The notes under the pieces: model-generated | What the model was told of the DNA's origin: nothing | Seen by the model: the letters and a program-made list of their open reading frames with translations, nothing else | Database searches by the model: none | Shown here: piece by piece, positions 48,856 to 58,700 of the stretch | Layout of the letters: each line of letters starts with the position of its first letter | How positions within the stretch are numbered: position 1 is the first letter of the stretch | Program-made: the position numbers and the translations under genes | From: an uncultured Gemmatimonadales bacterium | GTDB lineage: Bacteria; Gemmatimonadota; Gemmatimonadetes; Gemmatimonadales; GWC2-71-9 | Reading direction: 5' to 3' | NCBI GenBank assembly: GCA_963695555.1 | Contig: CAVOGR010000007.1 | Span: forward strand, 544,001 to 608,000 | DNA: 64,000 nt

Positions 48856-50214
48856 GTGATCGCTCCTGACATCGCGCCGAAGGTCCTGGTAGTCGAGGAT
48901 GACCTCGACCATGCACGCGGCTTGGTATCGGTGCTGGAACATGCCGGCCACTCGGTGACCCATTCGGCCTGTGGCAAACCCGCCGTTGAGCAACTCGAGC
49001 GCGAGGTGTACGACCTCGTGCTGCTCTGCACCTGCGCCCCCGGCCTCAAGGGGTTGTTCGTGCTGTCGCGGGCCAGGGCACTCCAGACCCAGGCCCAGTT
49101 CCTGATCTTGACGGACGAGGCGGACCTCGAGACGGCCGTCGAGGCCATGCGGCTCGGCGCCTACGACTATTTACCCAAGCCGGTACGGCCCGATGTGCTG
49201 TTGCTCCGAGTGTCGCGAGCCGTTCACCAGGGGGTACTGAGCCGCGAAGTGGCTGAGCTCAAGGTCAGGGCCGGGCGCAGTACACGTCGGAAGCTCCTCG
49301 GATCATCTGCCGCCATCGAGCAGGTGTTCCGGCTGATCGAGCGCGTGGCCCCAACCGTGACCTCCGTGCTCGTGACCGGAGAGACCGGCACCGGCAAGGA
49401 ACTGGTGGCTCGGGCCGTCCACGACCTGTCGCCGCGCCGGGGCCACCCGTTCGTCCCGGTGAGCTGCTCGGCACTCCCTGAGAACCTGCTCGAGTCGGAG
49501 TTGTTCGGTCACGTCCGGGGGAGCTTCACCGGAGCCGTGACCAATCGGCGCGGCTTGTTCGAGGACGCGGCCGGCGGGACGATCTTCCTCGATGAAATCG
49601 AGACCCTCGGTCCGGCCATGCAAGCCAGCCTGCTTCGCGCCGTGGAGGAACGCACCATCCAACGTGTTGGGGCGCGGCACGACATTCCGGTCAATTTCCG
49701 GCTGATCGCGGCATCGAACGCGGACCTTGCCGCACTGGTGGAGCAGGGCCTGTTCCGGGAGGACTTGTACTACCGACTCAACGTGTTTCCCATCCATGTA
49801 CCGCCGCTCCGATATCGGCCCAACGACATTCCGATCCTGGCCCGGCATTTCGTCAACCACTTCGCGAAGGACGCGGGCACCCCGCCTCCAGACATCGGCG
49901 AGGCAACGCTGGACAGACTGGTGCGCTACCCGTGGCCGGGAAATGTCCGGGAGCTGCGCAACGTGATCGAGCGGGGGTTCATCCTCTCGCACGGGAAATC
50001 CGAACTTGCCCTCCAGTTGGCCGACATGCCGGAGAACGGGAATGGGGCCTGCCTCGCGCCCTTGGTGTTCGAGAAATGGAATCTGAAACAAGTGGAAGGG
50101 GAGTATATCCGCGCTGTCCTCGAGGAGACGGCAGGGAACCGGAACCAGGCGGCCCAGATCCTGGGCATCGATCGCCGCACTCTCTATCGCAAGATTCGCG
50201 ACCTGGTCATTTGA
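48856..50214 (+). CDS. NtrC/AtoC-like sigma54 activator with atypical receiver
   Basis: Receiver VLVVEDD..DLVLLCTCAP; GETGTGKE; ESELFGHVRGSFTGA; WPGNVRELRN; Fis HTH. Confidence 0.92.
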   Translation: MIAPDIAPKVLVVEDDLDHARGLVSVLEHAGHSVTHSACGKPAVEQLEREVYDLVLLCTCAPGLKGLFVLSRARALQTQAQFLILTDEADLETAVEAMRLGAYDYLPKPVRPDVLLLRVSRAVHQGVLSREVAELKVRAGRSTRRKLLGSSAAIEQVFRLIERVAPTVTSVLVTGETGTGKELVARAVHDLSPRRGHPFVPVSCSALPENLLESELFGHVRGSFTGAVTNRRGLFEDAAGGTIFLDEIETLGPAMQASLLRAVEERTIQRVGARHDIPVNFRLIAASNADLAALVEQGLFREDLYYRLNVFPIHVPPLRYRPNDIPILARHFVNHFAKDAGTPPPDIGEATLDRLVRYPWPGNVRELRNVIERGFILSHGKSELALQLADMPENGNGACLAPLVFEKWNLKQVEGEYIRAVLEETAGNRNQAAQILGIDRRTLYRKIRDLVI

Positions 50215-50329
50215 TCGACGTCAGGATTCCGCGGGCTCCACGGCCGCCCAACGAGCACTTCGTTACTTCTCTCGGCTCCACGACGTCTACAGTGCAGCAG
50301 GGCGATGATTGCCTACTGGGAGATTCGCC

Positions 50330-50581
50330 ATGATCACCCGAACCGCATCGCCGTATCAGGAGGCGTGGCACGCGCGTGCCGGCTCGCCGTGGGAGCGCGC
50401 GTTGCACGAACGCTGGAGCCTCAAGCGTCTCGAAGACGAATACATCCGCGTGGTGCTGCAGTTGACTGGCGGCAATCGCAACCAGGCGGCCCGCATCCTG
50501 GGCATCGATCGCCGCACCCTCTATCGCAAGATCAACCGGCTCGAGGCCGGCGAAGCCGAGACGGCAGGGCATCACCACTGA
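50330..50581 (+). CDS. Stand-alone Fis-type HTH protein
   Basis: [48 protein letters not shown]. Confidence 0.8.
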   Translation: MITRTASPYQEAWHARAGSPWERALHERWSLKRLEDEYIRVVLQLTGGNRNQAARILGIDRRTLYRKINRLEAGEAETAGHHH

Positions 50582-50733
50582 GAACGGCTCCTGCGCGGGG
50601 AGCGGCCAGACGTTCATGTCGCGATCTGGTACCGCTCCCTGCAAACCCGCGACAACAATTGACAGCGCGTTACCTTCCGCCAACTGTGGGCGTCTCTTCC
50701 GTAGCAGGGCAGCCTTCGGAGAGGGAGGGTACC

Positions 50734-51219
50734 ATGAAACGATTCTTACTGTTGCCCGCGGCGTGCTTCGCCTTCATCGCGTGCGAGTCCGGTGTCACGA
50801 CGAGCCCCAGCGCCGATGCCGCATACGACCCGCCAACCGCGGCTATCGTCGATGCGGCAATACTCACCATCGACGTCCAACCCAAGGCAACCAACAACGT
50901 GATCAACCTGGGGACTCCGTCGATGATCGTGGTGGCGATCGTCGGTACCCCCGAGACCGCTTGGGCGGACTTCGATCTGACGTCGGTCTGGTTCGGTCCC
51001 GACCAGGCGCCTCGGCTCCACGAGTTCGTGCTGGATGGCCCGACGGATCATCTCAAGGACGTGGACGGCGACGGCGATGACGACCTGATGTTCCACTTCG
51101 ACAAGGTAGCCACCGGCCTCGCGGTGGGGGACGTGCCGGCGTGCCTGGGGATCGTGATTGCCGGAACCGAATACGCGGGGTGCGAGGATGTGACGGTGAT
51201 CAACAAGAAGGTGCACTGA
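50734..51219 (+). CDS. Lipoprotein with a DxDxDG Ca-binding-like motif
   Basis: GGAGG RBS; lipobox FIAC; DVDGDGDDDLMFHF. Confidence 0.75.
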   Translation: MKRFLLLPAACFAFIACESGVTTSPSADAAYDPPTAAIVDAAILTIDVQPKATNNVINLGTPSMIVVAIVGTPETAWADFDLTSVWFGPDQAPRLHEFVLDGPTDHLKDVDGDGDDDLMFHFDKVATGLAVGDVPACLGIVIAGTEYAGCEDVTVINKKVH

Positions 51220-51512
51220 CCGCTCAGCAGACTACGAACGCGTGAGGGTACACGTCGTGCTGCGGAAGTCGGAGTGCGATTGACGCTGTCGCTGGATCAA
51301 CGCGCCCGGGCTCGGCCCCCGGGCGCAGTTGTTCCAGGTTCCGGCATGTGGTGAAGGTCAGTGCCGTTAGAGGATATACCGTTGGAGGTCGTCGCCCTCT
51401 ACCACCTTGGGAGAAGGAGCAACGCGCCAGAGACACAAATCTTGGCACTGCTCCGAACCGGGTGTATACTGGCTCCCAGAGTCTCCAAATTCCCCTGACC
51501 CTACGTCCCATC

Positions 51513-51926
51513 ATGTCGAGTGTTCCCTCCCAACCGGAGGCCCAAGAGCGTGAAGCGGTGAAGATCTACAAGGCGCTCTTCGGCCGAGGCATTCCAGACA
51601 AACTGAAGCACCGGTTCATCGAAGCATCGAAGTTGGATAGATCCACCCACGCCCACGGCCTGGAGCGGTACTATCGGATCATTGAGGGCGTCCGCGACCT
51701 CGAGGCCCTGGAGATCGCAGGCCGGTACACCCACAAGCTCCCGCTGTTGAGCCAGCGCTTCCAACTCATGGTCTTCTTGGCGGAGGCGCTTCCGGAGCAT
51801 CGCTCAGACTTCATCAAGAAGCGCGGCAGCGTGATCCGCGGGGTGGGTGCGGTGATTGCCGGCGCGCTTCGCACCGGGTACAAATTCTCGAAGGGAATGG
51901 TTCTTCTCAGGACTCGGCGTGTTTGA
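51513..51926 (+). CDS. Hypothetical protein, first gene of the GMC cassette
   Basis: DLEALE.A motif; stop overlaps the GMC start. Confidence 0.6.
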   Translation: MSSVPSQPEAQEREAVKIYKALFGRGIPDKLKHRFIEASKLDRSTHAHGLERYYRIIEGVRDLEALEIAGRYTHKLPLLSQRFQLMVFLAEALPEHRSDFIKKRGSVIRGVGAVIAGALRTGYKFSKGMVLLRTRRV

Positions 51927-53499
51927 GGCCATCATCGTCGGCTCTGGTGCCTCCGGTGTCGCAGCTGCCATGGAGTTTGCCGAGTGCGGCATCACACCGC
52001 TTATGATAGATGTTGGACACCTTGCCGGTCACACACCAAGCGTTCCAGCCAACCTATATGAGTACCGGGGACAGCACGACTGCTTCGATCTCATGATCGG
52101 CGGTCGCTACGAGGGGCTGTCCAACATCTTGACCGACCGGCAGGTTCCGGTCAAACTCACGGCTCCGTACTTGGAATATGTGACACGCGACGCCAAGCAC
52201 CTTTCTCCACTCGACGAAGCGGAGTTCAAAGCCATCCAGAGCTTCTCGCTGGGCGGGCTCGCGAATGCGTGGGGAGCGGGGTTGTACCGATTCACCGATG
52301 ACGACCTCGAAGCGTTTCCCATCGCCAGCCGCGACCTGGATCCGTATTTCGACAAATTGACGGCTGCGATTGGGATTGCCGGAACCGCGGACGATCTCAC
52401 CCCGTTCCTGGGCTCGACCGAGCATCTTCAGCGACCGCACAGACTCTCGCGAAACATTAGTGCCCTTTACGAGCGCTATCAGAGGAGAAGTCGGCGCCAG
52501 GCCGAGTCGGTGCATATCGGCCGTGCTCGGGTTGGCATCCTGACGGAAGCGCACGACGGGCGACCGGCGTTCGCGTACGGCGGCACGGAGTTCTTCCACG
52601 AGGACCGGTCGATTTACAGCCCGCGGTATACGCTCGACCGGCTCGTGGATGATGGCAAGGTGGTCCTCCATCGCGGGCTCCTAGTCGAATCCTGGACGGA
52701 GGACGAAACGGGGGTCCGGATTTTCGCGCGCGACCTCGCGACACAGGCAAGCACCACCTTTGAAGCTCGCACACTTCTGCTCGCCGCGGGTGCGATCAAT
52801 ACATCTAAGATCGTGCTGCAATCGCACGTTGATTACCACACCAGCCTTCCGCTCCTCGAGAACCCCGCACTCCAACTGCCGCTCGTCCTGCCCGGGGCCT
52901 TTGGACAGCCACTCCAAACCGATGCGTTCGGCCTTGTCCAGTTGAATCTCATCTGGGACTCGACGAGCTATGCGACGCGGCTGCAGGGCAGCATCATGGA
53001 GATTACCGCCCCTCGACGAGGGGAGTTCTTCGCCAGCCTACCCTACGCAGCCCGGGACAACTTGGCTCTGATACGGCATTTGTTGCCCGCCATGATTGTC
53101 ATGCAACTGTTCTTCCCCGGCTCCAGCCAGGAGCCGGGGACACTACAGCTCCAGCGCAATGGGCGGTTGACAATTACCGGTCACCCGAACACGCTCGATC
53201 TCAAGAAGCTCCAATTCCTGCTTCGCTACTTGCGGAAGCTGGGGGCGTGGAGCCACCCGCGGTTGATTGTGCGGGTTCCAACTGGCCATGCCGTCCACTA
53301 CGCCGGATCCCTTCCCATGCGAGAAGCGCCTGCACGCTATCAGTGCGACGCCACAGGACGACTGCACGGGGCTCAGAACGTCTTTATTGCCGACTCTGCT
53401 TCATTCTCGGACCTCCCAGCGAAGAACATGTCCTTCGCCATGATGGCCAATGCGATGCGCATCGCTCATGCAGTCGCCGCTCAGATACGACGGACATGA
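51919..53499 (+). CDS. GMC family FAD oxidoreductase
   Basis: IIVGSGASG, GGLANAWGAG, LAAGAINT, HYAGSLPM, IADSASF. Confidence 0.88.
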   Translation: MFEAIIVGSGASGVAAAMEFAECGITPLMIDVGHLAGHTPSVPANLYEYRGQHDCFDLMIGGRYEGLSNILTDRQVPVKLTAPYLEYVTRDAKHLSPLDEAEFKAIQSFSLGGLANAWGAGLYRFTDDDLEAFPIASRDLDPYFDKLTAAIGIAGTADDLTPFLGSTEHLQRPHRLSRNISALYERYQRRSRRQAESVHIGRARVGILTEAHDGRPAFAYGGTEFFHEDRSIYSPRYTLDRLVDDGKVVLHRGLLVESWTEDETGVRIFARDLATQASTTFEARTLLLAAGAINTSKIVLQSHVDYHTSLPLLENPALQLPLVLPGAFGQPLQTDAFGLVQLNLIWDSTSYATRLQGSIMEITAPRRGEFFASLPYAARDNLALIRHLLPAMIVMQLFFPGSSQEPGTLQLQRNGRLTITGHPNTLDLKKLQFLLRYLRKLGAWSHPRLIVRVPTGHAVHYAGSLPMREAPARYQCDATGRLHGAQNVFIADSASFSDLPAKNMSFAMMANAMRIAHAVAAQIRRT

Positions 53500-54395
53500 C
53501 AACAACGGTCATGATCACCGGGGCCGGCGGGTTCATCGGCCGTCACCTCGCAGGCCGTCTGTCGGGTGAGGGATACCGCGTTGTTGGCATTGCTCGCGGC
53601 GGGGCCGCACTAGAACACTGCCATGCGACCTATCGTGCCGCTCTCGGCGATTCGCTGGTCTCAGTGATGCGACAGGAAGACGTGGATGTGGTCCTTCACT
53701 GTGCCAATCATGCCGGTCCGAACGAGTTTGCAATCAACGTGAACGGGACACGCCGTTGGTTTGAGGAAGCCGCCGCCCATGGGACGTCCCTACAGATCCT
53801 CATGAGCAGTCTTTCGGCGAGAGAAGATGCGGCCACAGACTACGGTCGAGCGAAGCATGCACTCGAAGAATCGTTCATTGCCGAGGGCGGCGTGGCGTTC
53901 CGGCTGGGCGTGGTCATAGGTAATGGCGGCATGTTCGGGCGGATCAAGCGCTCTCTGGCGAGGTACCCGGTCGTACCGCTCCTCGACAACGGCCGCGGCC
54001 GTATCTACTTCCTCGGTATCGACTACCTCACGAGTGTCGTTGAGGACTCCATCAGATCGGACGGCGATGAGCTTCGGGGCGGTGTGTGGCGTCTTCAACA
54101 ACCCGATCACTGTACGCTGCTCGAGTTGATGACCGCAATCCGCGACCAGTACGGATTTGCTTGTCGTTTCCTTCCGATTCCGTCATTGCCGATTCAGTGG
54201 GCGTTGGCGATGAGTGAATACCTGCCGCTGAAGCTGCCGATCACCAGCACCAACGTGAAGGGGCTACGGCAGAGCCGGTTTGATGAATTCGAAACCGACT
54301 TCGCCCGGTTCGGCTATCCCGCGGTGAGCCTGAACGATCTTGTCGCCGCGGCGGTCCGAGCCGAGGACACCGCCCCAATGGCCAGCGGGAGCTGA
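53496..54395 (+). CDS. NAD-dependent epimerase/dehydratase
   Basis: ITGAGGFIG, NVNGT, YGRAK (YxxxK). Confidence 0.88.
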   Translation: MTTTVMITGAGGFIGRHLAGRLSGEGYRVVGIARGGAALEHCHATYRAALGDSLVSVMRQEDVDVVLHCANHAGPNEFAINVNGTRRWFEEAAAHGTSLQILMSSLSAREDAATDYGRAKHALEESFIAEGGVAFRLGVVIGNGGMFGRIKRSLARYPVVPLLDNGRGRIYFLGIDYLTSVVEDSIRSDGDELRGGVWRLQQPDHCTLLELMTAIRDQYGFACRFLPIPSLPIQWALAMSEYLPLKLPITSTNVKGLRQSRFDEFETDFARFGYPAVSLNDLVAAAVRAEDTAPMASGS

Positions 54396-54432
54396 TCGCC
54401 TGCCGTGCGGGCGTTCCGGTAGGCGAGAGAAA

Positions 54433-55941
54433 CTAGAGGATATACCGCCGGAGATCGTCGTCTTCGACCACTTTGGCCAGCCGGTCGCGCACTCCGGCGC
54501 CGTCGAATACGATTTTCTTTTCGCTCCGCTCGGGCAACTCGAACAGGACGTCGTCCATCAGGGTGGCCATGACGGTCTGGAGCCGGCGGGCCCCGATGTT
54601 CTCCATCATGTCGTTGGCGCGGAAGGCCACCCGGGCGATCTCCGCGATCCCATCCGTGGTGAACTCGAGTGCGGCATCCTCGGCGGCGACCAGGGCCTGG
54701 TATTGTTTGGTCAGGGAGTTCTCGGGCTCGGTCATGATCCGGACGAAGTCCTGCTCGGTCAGCGGGTTGAGCTCCACCCGGATCGGGAACCTGCCCTGCA
54801 GCTCGGGAATCAGGTCGGATGGTTTGGCGGCGTGGAACGCGCCGGCCGCGACGAAGAGGACGTGATCGGTGCGGACGTAGCCATACCGGGTCTGGACGGT
54901 CGATCCCTCGACGATCGGCAGCAGGTCTTGCTGGACGCCTTCGCGTGACACGTCGGGGCCGACTTGGCTCCGCTCCCCGGCGATCTTGTCGATTTCGTCG
55001 ATGAAGATGATGCCGTGGTTTTCCACCCGGTCGAGCGACTCGTTCACGACGTCGTCCATGTCCACCAACTTCTTGAGCTCCTCGTCAACCAGAATGCGCC
55101 GCGCTTCGGGCACCTTTACGACCCGGCGCTTGGTGCGCTTGGGGAGCATGTCCTGAAGCATCTCGGACAGGTTCATCTCCTGCCCTTCCATGCCCTGGGG
55201 CGGCTGGAACAGGTCGAACATGAGCGGCCCTTGGGCGGCAACTTCGATTTCGACTTCCCGCTCGTCGAGCTGCCCCTCGGTGAGCAGCTTGCGCAGCTTC
55301 TCGCGGGAGCGGGTGCGCCGTTCCTCCTCGGGCGGCGGGCTGGACTGGCGTACGGTGCCGGTCGGCCCGACGACGAACACCGCCTGCGCCCCGTCCGGAT
55401 CTGCCTGTTCTTTCGGGGGCGCGGGTGGCACCTTCGGGAGGAGGATGTCGAGCAAACGCTCATCCGCGCGCAGCTCCGCCACCTCGTACACGTCGTCTTC
55501 CCGTTCGGTGCGGACCATGTTGATGGCGACGTCGACCAGGTCGCGCACCATCGACTCCGCATCACGGCCGACGTAGCCCACCTCGGTGAACTTCGACGCT
55601 TCGACCTTGATGAAGGGTGAGCCCGCCAACCGGGCAAGGCGCCGGGCGATCTCGGTCTTCCCCACCCCGGTGGGTCCGATCATGATGATGTTGTACGGGA
55701 GGATCTCGTCGCGGATCTCTTCCGGGGTCCGGGCCCGACGCCATCGATTCCGCACTGCAATGGCGATTGCGCGCTTGGCCGCTTCCTGGCCGATGATGTA
55801 GCGATCTAATTCCGCCACGATCTGCCGCGGCGGCAGATCCTCGAGCCAGGGTGTCCCGGAGGGGGCGTCAGGCACGGGCGCCGGCGCTTCCGGCCGGAGG
55901 GCGACCTCATCCGTGCCTGAGCCTCCGTTGGCCGCACTCAT
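54433..55941 (-). CDS. hslU: ATP-dependent protease ATPase subunit HslU
   Basis: [46 protein letters not shown]. Confidence 0.98.
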   Translation of the reverse strand: MSAANGGSGTDEVALRPEAPAPVPDAPSGTPWLEDLPPRQIVAELDRYIIGQEAAKRAIAIAVRNRWRRARTPEEIRDEILPYNIIMIGPTGVGKTEIARRLARLAGSPFIKVEASKFTEVGYVGRDAESMVRDLVDVAINMVRTEREDDVYEVAELRADERLLDILLPKVPPAPPKEQADPDGAQAVFVVGPTGTVRQSSPPPEEERRTRSREKLRKLLTEGQLDEREVEIEVAAQGPLMFDLFQPPQGMEGQEMNLSEMLQDMLPKRTKRRVVKVPEARRILVDEELKKLVDMDDVVNESLDRVENHGIIFIDEIDKIAGERSQVGPDVSREGVQQDLLPIVEGSTVQTRYGYVRTDHVLFVAAGAFHAAKPSDLIPELQGRFPIRVELNPLTEQDFVRIMTEPENSLTKQYQALVAAEDAALEFTTDGIAEIARVAFRANDMMENIGARRLQTVMATLMDDVLFELPERSEKKIVFDGAGVRDRLAKVVEDDDLRRYIL

Positions 55942-56480
55942 GGCGAGTCGAGCTCCAGCACGGTGGTATTTCGGTTGGTGTAGACGCAGATATCAGCCGC
56001 GATCTCGAGGGCGCGCTCGACGATGGCTCGAGCCGAGAGGTCGGGTTGCGACAGGAGTGCCCGCGCCGCCGCGACCGCGTAGTTGCCCCCGGAACCCACG
56101 CCGAGAATTCCGTCATCCGGCTCGATCAACTCGCCGGCGCCGCTGATGAGATAGGTGTGATTGTAATCGGCCACAACCAAGAGGGCCTCGAGACGGCGGA
56201 GCACCCGGTCGCTCCGCCAATCCTTGGCCAGCTCCACGGAGGCCCTGGGAAGGTTCGACGGGTACCGGTCGAGCTTCTCTTCGAACTTCTCGTAGAGGGT
56301 AAAGGCGTCGGCCACCGATCCGGCAAACCCGGCCAGGATCCGGCCGCCCTTGAGCGTTCGGACCTTGACCGAGTTGGTCTTCATGACGGTGTCGCCGAAG
56401 CTCACCTGACCGTCGCCACCCAAGGCCACCTTACCGTCTTTGCGCACCGATAGGATGGTGGTGCCGTGGAACTGGGACAT
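55938..56480 (-). CDS. hslV: ATP-dependent protease subunit HslV
   Basis: HGTTIL, GDGQVS, GSGGNYA, ICVYTN. Confidence 0.98.
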   Translation of the reverse strand: MSQFHGTTILSVRKDGKVALGGDGQVSFGDTVMKTNSVKVRTLKGGRILAGFAGSVADAFTLYEKFEEKLDRYPSNLPRASVELAKDWRSDRVLRRLEALLVVADYNHTYLISGAGELIEPDDGILGVGSGGNYAVAAARALLSQPDLSARAIVERALEIAADICVYTNRNTTVLELDSP

Positions 56481-56502
56481 CCGAGAATCCTCCAACCGTG
56501 CA

Positions 56503-57414
56503 CTAGGCCCGCGGATGGGCCTGGTGATAGACCTTCTTCAATCGCTCGACGCTGGTGTGCGTGTAGACCTGGGTGGTCGACAGCGAGGCATGGCCCAGGA
56601 GCTCCTGCACCGCGCGGAGGTCCGCCCCCGCATCGAGCAAGTGGGTCGCGAACGAGTGCCGGAGCGAATGCACTCGCAGGCCGTCCGCGCCGATTGCCTG
56701 AAACATGCCTCGCATGGCACGTTGGGCGCTTCGCGGCGCGAGACGTTTCCCGAGCCGGCTCACGAACACCGCTTGGCGCTCGGAGCCCTTGCGGGCCACC
56801 ACCTCCTCGCGTACGGCAAGATAACGGCGCAGCGCGCCCACCGCTTTCGACCCGACCGGTAGGATCCGCTCTTTTCGACCCTTACCGAGCACCTTTACCT
56901 GGTCCGACAGGAGGTCGACGTCCTTGAGATTCAACCCGGTCAGTTCCGCGAGGCGCATGCCCGTGGAATAGAAGAGCTCGAGCATCGCCAAGTCGCGGAG
57001 CGGAATGAAGTCATCGCCGGCCGCGCGCGCCTCAGCCAATTCGAACAGCTGGTCGAGTTGAGCGCGCCGGGCATACGACGGCAACCGCCGATCTTGTTTC
57101 GGCACCCGCGTCCCGCGCGTCACGTTGACCGCGAGCCCGTGCTGGGCCTGGAGATACCGATAGAGGCTTCGGACGGCCGACAGCGACCGCGCCGCCGATC
57201 GCTTGCCCAGCCCGCGCCGCTGCTCGTCCGCCAGGAACCCCCGAAGCCCTAAACGATCGACCGTGGCCCAGGTCCACTTCCCACCGTAGTGATGGCCGCA
57301 GAACTCAGTGAACCGATCCAGGTCGCGCCCGTACGCCGTGATGGTGTGCGGGGAGTGCTGGCGCTCCTTCTCGAGAAAGGCCAGGTACTCGGCCACGACG
57401 GGGTGCCTTACCAC
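56503..57414 (-). CDS. xerC: Tyrosine recombinase XerC
   Basis: [37 protein letters not shown]; conserved trmFO-xerC-hslVU context. Confidence 0.93.
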   Translation of the reverse strand: MVRHPVVAEYLAFLEKERQHSPHTITAYGRDLDRFTEFCGHHYGGKWTWATVDRLGLRGFLADEQRRGLGKRSAARSLSAVRSLYRYLQAQHGLAVNVTRGTRVPKQDRRLPSYARRAQLDQLFELAEARAAGDDFIPLRDLAMLELFYSTGMRLAELTGLNLKDVDLLSDQVKVLGKGRKERILPVGSKAVGALRRYLAVREEVVARKGSERQAVFVSRLGKRLAPRSAQRAMRGMFQAIGADGLRVHSLRHSFATHLLDAGADLRAVQELLGHASLSTTQVYTHTSVERLKKVYHQAHPRA

Positions 57415-58700
57415 GAGGCCTTCCATGCAACGAAATCGGCCTGCGCCCGCGCCACCAGCTGGGCTCTCTTGTCCGCCTTCTTCACGCGGTGCGGCAGCGG
57501 GTCGACCAGGCCGAAGTTGGCATTCATGGGCTGGAAGTGGCCGGGATCGGCATCGCGCAGGTAGCGGTAGAGTCCGCCCAACATGGTGGTGGTCGGGGGC
57601 AGCACCGCCGGTTTGCCCTCGAGCCGCCGTGCCAAGTTGATGCCCGCGAGGAGGCCGGTGCCGAGCGACTCGGTATAGCCTTCGACACCGGTGAGCTGGC
57701 CGGCGAAGAAGACTCGATCGTCGTCCTTGACGGTAAGGGCGGGGCTCAGCACCGCAGGGCTCTGGAGATACGAATTTCGATGAATGCTGCCGAAGCGGAA
57801 GTACTCCGCCTGCGCCAGCCCGGGAATCATGCCGAACACGCGCCGTTGCTCCGGAATCCGGAGCCTGGTCTGGAACCCGACCAGGTTCCACATCTGACCG
57901 GCGGCATCCTCCCGCCGAAGCTGCACGACCGCGAACGGCTCCCGGCCGGTGGCCGGGTCGGGCAGGCCGACCGGCTTGAGCGGCCCGAAGCGAAGAGTTT
58001 CCCGCCCACGCCGGGCCATCTCCTCAATGGGGAGGCACCCCTCGAAATAGGGAACTTGGTCGAACTCGTGAGCGGTGAATTGATCGGCTTGCCCCAGGGC
58101 ATCGATGAACGCGCCGTACCCCTCCGCATCCATCGGCGCGTTCAGGTAGTCATCGCCGTTGCCCTTGCCATACCGAGACATGCGATACAGCCTGGCGTGA
58201 TCGAGCGACTCGGCGGAGACGATGGGCGCGATCGCATCGTAGAACGCGAGCGCATTCGTTCCCAGGCACTCGGCGATGGCGCTGGCCAACGCGTCGGAGG
58301 TGAGCGGGCCGGTGGCGATCACTCCGGGAGTCGGAATGTGGGTCACTTCCTCGCGGACCACCGAAATCCTCGGATGCGACAGGACCCGCTCTTCGACCGC
58401 CCGGGCAAACACCGTGCGATCGACCGCGAGCGCCGAGCCCCCGGGCACGCGGGCCGAGTCGGCGCAATCGAGCAGAAGGCTGCCGAGGAAGCGTAACTCC
58501 CACTTCAAGAGGCCGTGGGCGTTTTCGAGTTCGACCGATTTGAATGTGTTACTGCAGACCAGCTCGGCGAGACGGTCCGTCTGGTGGGCCGGGGTCTTCA
58601 CGCGCGGCCGCATTTCGTACAGGGTCACGTCGATGCCACGCTCGGCAAGGGCCCAAGCGGCTTCGCAGCCCGCGAGCCCCCCGCCGACCACCGTCGCCAT
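57408..58700 (-). CDS. trmFO: tRNA (uracil-54)-methyltransferase TrmFO
   Basis: GGGLAGCEAA, ELVCSN, FYDAIAP, YFEGCLPIE, GFQTRL, GVEGY. Confidence 0.97.
   Translation of the reverse strand: MATVVGGGLAGCEAAWALAERGIDVTLYEMRPRVKTPAHQTDRLAELVCSNTFKSVELENAHGLLKWELRFLGSLLLDCADSARVPGGSALAVDRTVFARAVEERVLSHPRISVVREEVTHIPTPGVIATGPLTSDALASAIAECLGTNALAFYDAIAPIVSAESLDHARLYRMSRYGKGNGDDYLNAPMDAEGYGAFIDALGQADQFTAHEFDQVPYFEGCLPIEEMARRGRETLRFGPLKPVGLPDPATGREPFAVVQLRREDAAGQMWNLVGFQTRLRIPEQRRVFGMIPGLAQAEYFRFGSIHRNSYLQSPAVLSPALTVKDDDRVFFAGQLTGVEGYTESLGTGLLAGINLARRLEGKPAVLPPTTTMLGGLYRYLRDADPGHFQPMNANFGLVDPLPHRVKKADKRAQLVARAQADFVAWKASW

Noticed and set aside
56503..57414. Tyrosine recombinase as a prophage or island integrase
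   Set aside because: It sits in the conserved topA-trmFO-xerC-hslVU housekeeping context.
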